This document shows, piece after piece, positions 61,800 through 63,307 of a stretch of 63,307 bases of DNA. The notes under the pieces were generated by a model, which saw only the letters and a program-made list of their open reading frames with translations, was not told the DNA's origin and did no database searches. Location: the NCBI GenBank assembly GCA_964426735.1, contig CAYRRP010000004.1, positions 25,142 through 88,448 on the forward strand, read 5' to 3'. Position numbers and translations under genes: made by a program. Numbering within the stretch: the stretch's first letter is position 1; every line of letters starts with the position of its first letter. The stretch is from an uncultured Candidatus Saccharibacteria bacterium. Lineage in GTDB: Bacteria; Patescibacteriota; Minisyncoccia; Phycocordibacterales; DATDWN01.

Positions 61800-62410
61800 C
61801 TCTCTTTCAGAGAGTGGTACACAAATTTTTTCTTTCGATTTTTTAAAATCGAATTCTTGATGAAGTCTACAAGCGGTAGGAGAGTATTCGTATCTGCGCT
61901 GAAGCCAAAGGGGTGACCCATGGTGGAGCGATGCGAAGTAAGAATGTTGGCACAAGTAACCACAATGCAGGTGAAATCCCTGCACGCCGAAAGACTAAGG
62001 TTTCCTGTTCAATGTTAATCAGAGCAGGGTTAGTCGGGCCTAAGGAAATGGAGAGATCCGCATCCGATGGACATAGGGTTAATATTCCCTAACTTTTGTG
62101 TAATGCGATGGAAGGACGGAGTGCTGTATATAGGGCTCATTATTGGATTTGAGTCACTGCCGTGAGATTGTGTTCCAGGTAAATCCGGACACTCACTTAA
62201 ATGTGGAATTCGAGCGGTTGCGAAACCTTGAGATTCGTCAAGAGGGATCCTATAAAGCGCGCTTCCAAGAAAAGTTTCTAAGCTTAAGTACACAAGAACC
62301 GTACCGTAAACCGACACAGGTAGTCAGGTCGAGTAGACCAAGGCGAACGAGTGAGAGATCCCCAAGGAACTCGGCAAAAAAGCAGCCGTAACTTCGGAAT
62401 AAGGCTTGCC

Positions 62411-62535
62411 CCCATCACATGGAATGTGATGGTGGTCATAAGTAGACAGTCATAAGTCAACAGAAAATGCATATGCATTTTACTAATGACTATTGACTGT
62501 GAACTGTTGACTTCATCGCGCTTCGCGTGATGGGG
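62411..62535 (+). other. 23S insertion 4: helix-63 intervening sequence carrying repeat element rIE copy 2
   Basis: Inserted between CGGAATAAGGCTTG and CGCAGCTAAAG..GGCAACTGTTTATCAAAAACACAG. The closing stem is CCCCCATCAC / GTGATGGGGG. Confidence 0.8.
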
Positions 62536-62688
62536 GCCGCAGCTAAAGTATTTCTGGCAACTGTTTATCAAAAACACAGCTCCCTGCGAACTCGCAAGAG
62601 GATGTATAGGGGGTGACACCTGACCAATGCCAGAAGGTCAAATATGGGAGGTGATGTCGCAAGACTGAGCTTGACTGTATAAGCCCTG

Positions 62689-62723
<35 letters not shown>

Positions 62724-62967
62724 TGTGCGAACGAATCATATCGTGCGCACAAGGACTGGGACTGTTGTAGTTCTGTTGATACAATAAAATGTTCAATTTT
62801 ATTTATTGGCATTTTGATAAACTAACTAAACAATAATCATTACATTTCTAGCTACCTATCATGCCGTAATGCATGAATAGTCCAACGTGATTGACGAGAG
62901 ACCAACGTCACGGACCCGAAACTTGCAAAGTTGGGTTAAGAGAGAGTCCAACGGAGAGGAATCGTTG
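62724..62967 (+). other. 23S insertion 5: candidate ORF-less group I intron at about E. coli position 1931
   Basis: It interrupts GGTCCTAAGGT | AGCGAAATTCC. The upstream exon ends in T(U) and the insert ends in G. It contains an AAGAGAGAGTCC (J8/7-P7-like) segment and a duplicated AGTCCAACG. No ORF is present. Confidence 0.45.
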
Positions 62968-63307
62968 AGCGAAATTCCTTGTCGGGTAAGTTCCGACGCG
63001 CACGAATGGTGTAATGACTGGAAAACTGTCTCGGGGATTTGCTCGGTGAAAATACAATACCGGTGAAGATGCCGGTTACCTGCAGTTAGACGAAAAGACC
63101 CCAGGAGCTTTACTGCATCTTGATATTGAGAATATGACTTGCATGCGTAGCATAGTGGTGAGGATTTGAAGGGCACTTCCGGGTAGCCTGGATCCGTCAG
63201 TGAAATAGCCATCTTGTTTGTTATATTTTCTAACCTCGGCGGAAAAAACGACGAGAGACAGTGTCTGGTGGGCAGTTTTAGTGGGGCGCTATCCTCCTAA
63301 AAAGTAA

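Larger units (their letters stand above)
61445..61872 (+). other. 23S insertion 3: helix-45 intervening sequence (390 nt inside a 19-bp perfect stem) containing two tRNA genes
   Basis: TTGTAGACTTCATCAAGAA (61445-61463) pairs with TTCTTGATGAAGTCTACAA (61854-61872), between ACCGAAACTGAGGG and GCGGTAGGAGAG. Confidence 0.85.

Overview
This is an AT-rich, gene-dense bacterial window that uses the standard code, with TGA as a stop. By gene content and architecture it most resembles a Candidate Phyla Radiation (Parcubacteria-like) genome. Most genes are housekeeping: uppS, rplS, folD, secE-nusG-rplK, glyA, tmk, argS, ileS, glyQS, metG, rpsF-ssb-rpsR, efp, recA, ftsK and rplJ-rplL. There are also transporters, two M16 peptidases and several very large secreted or surface proteins. 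The notable content is mostly not protein-coding in the ordinary sense.

- **23S rRNA gene (about 59912 to the window end):** it has its own sigma70-like promoter and no upstream 16S. It carries at least five insertions, in H9, H25, H45, H63 and at about position 1931.
  - The H45 insertion encloses two intact tRNA genes, Lys-CTT and Phe-GAA.
  - H25 and H63 carry copies of the same ~120-nt element.
  - The insertion at about 1931 looks like an ORF-less group I intron.
- **ileS:** it contains a ~195-aa histidine-phosphatase (phosphoglycerate-mutase-like, RHG motif) domain inserted into the catalytic body.
- **Thymidylate module:** dCMP deaminase, a tandem-duplicated divergent ThyX-like protein, tmk and glyA sit together.
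- **RAYT/REP system:** a Y1 (IS200-like) REP-associated transposase is flanked by GGTACC-centred REP palindromes.
- **Dispersed hairpin repeats:** seven copies of a ~115-nt family occur, one supplying the C-terminus of IleS and one lying inside the 23S insertion.
- **Other items:** homing-endonuclease-like genes lie beside tRNA genes, hairpins sequester tRNA 3' ends, and two orphan promoter-plus-terminator ncRNA candidates are present.

All calls are made by eye from motifs. No searches or computations were run.
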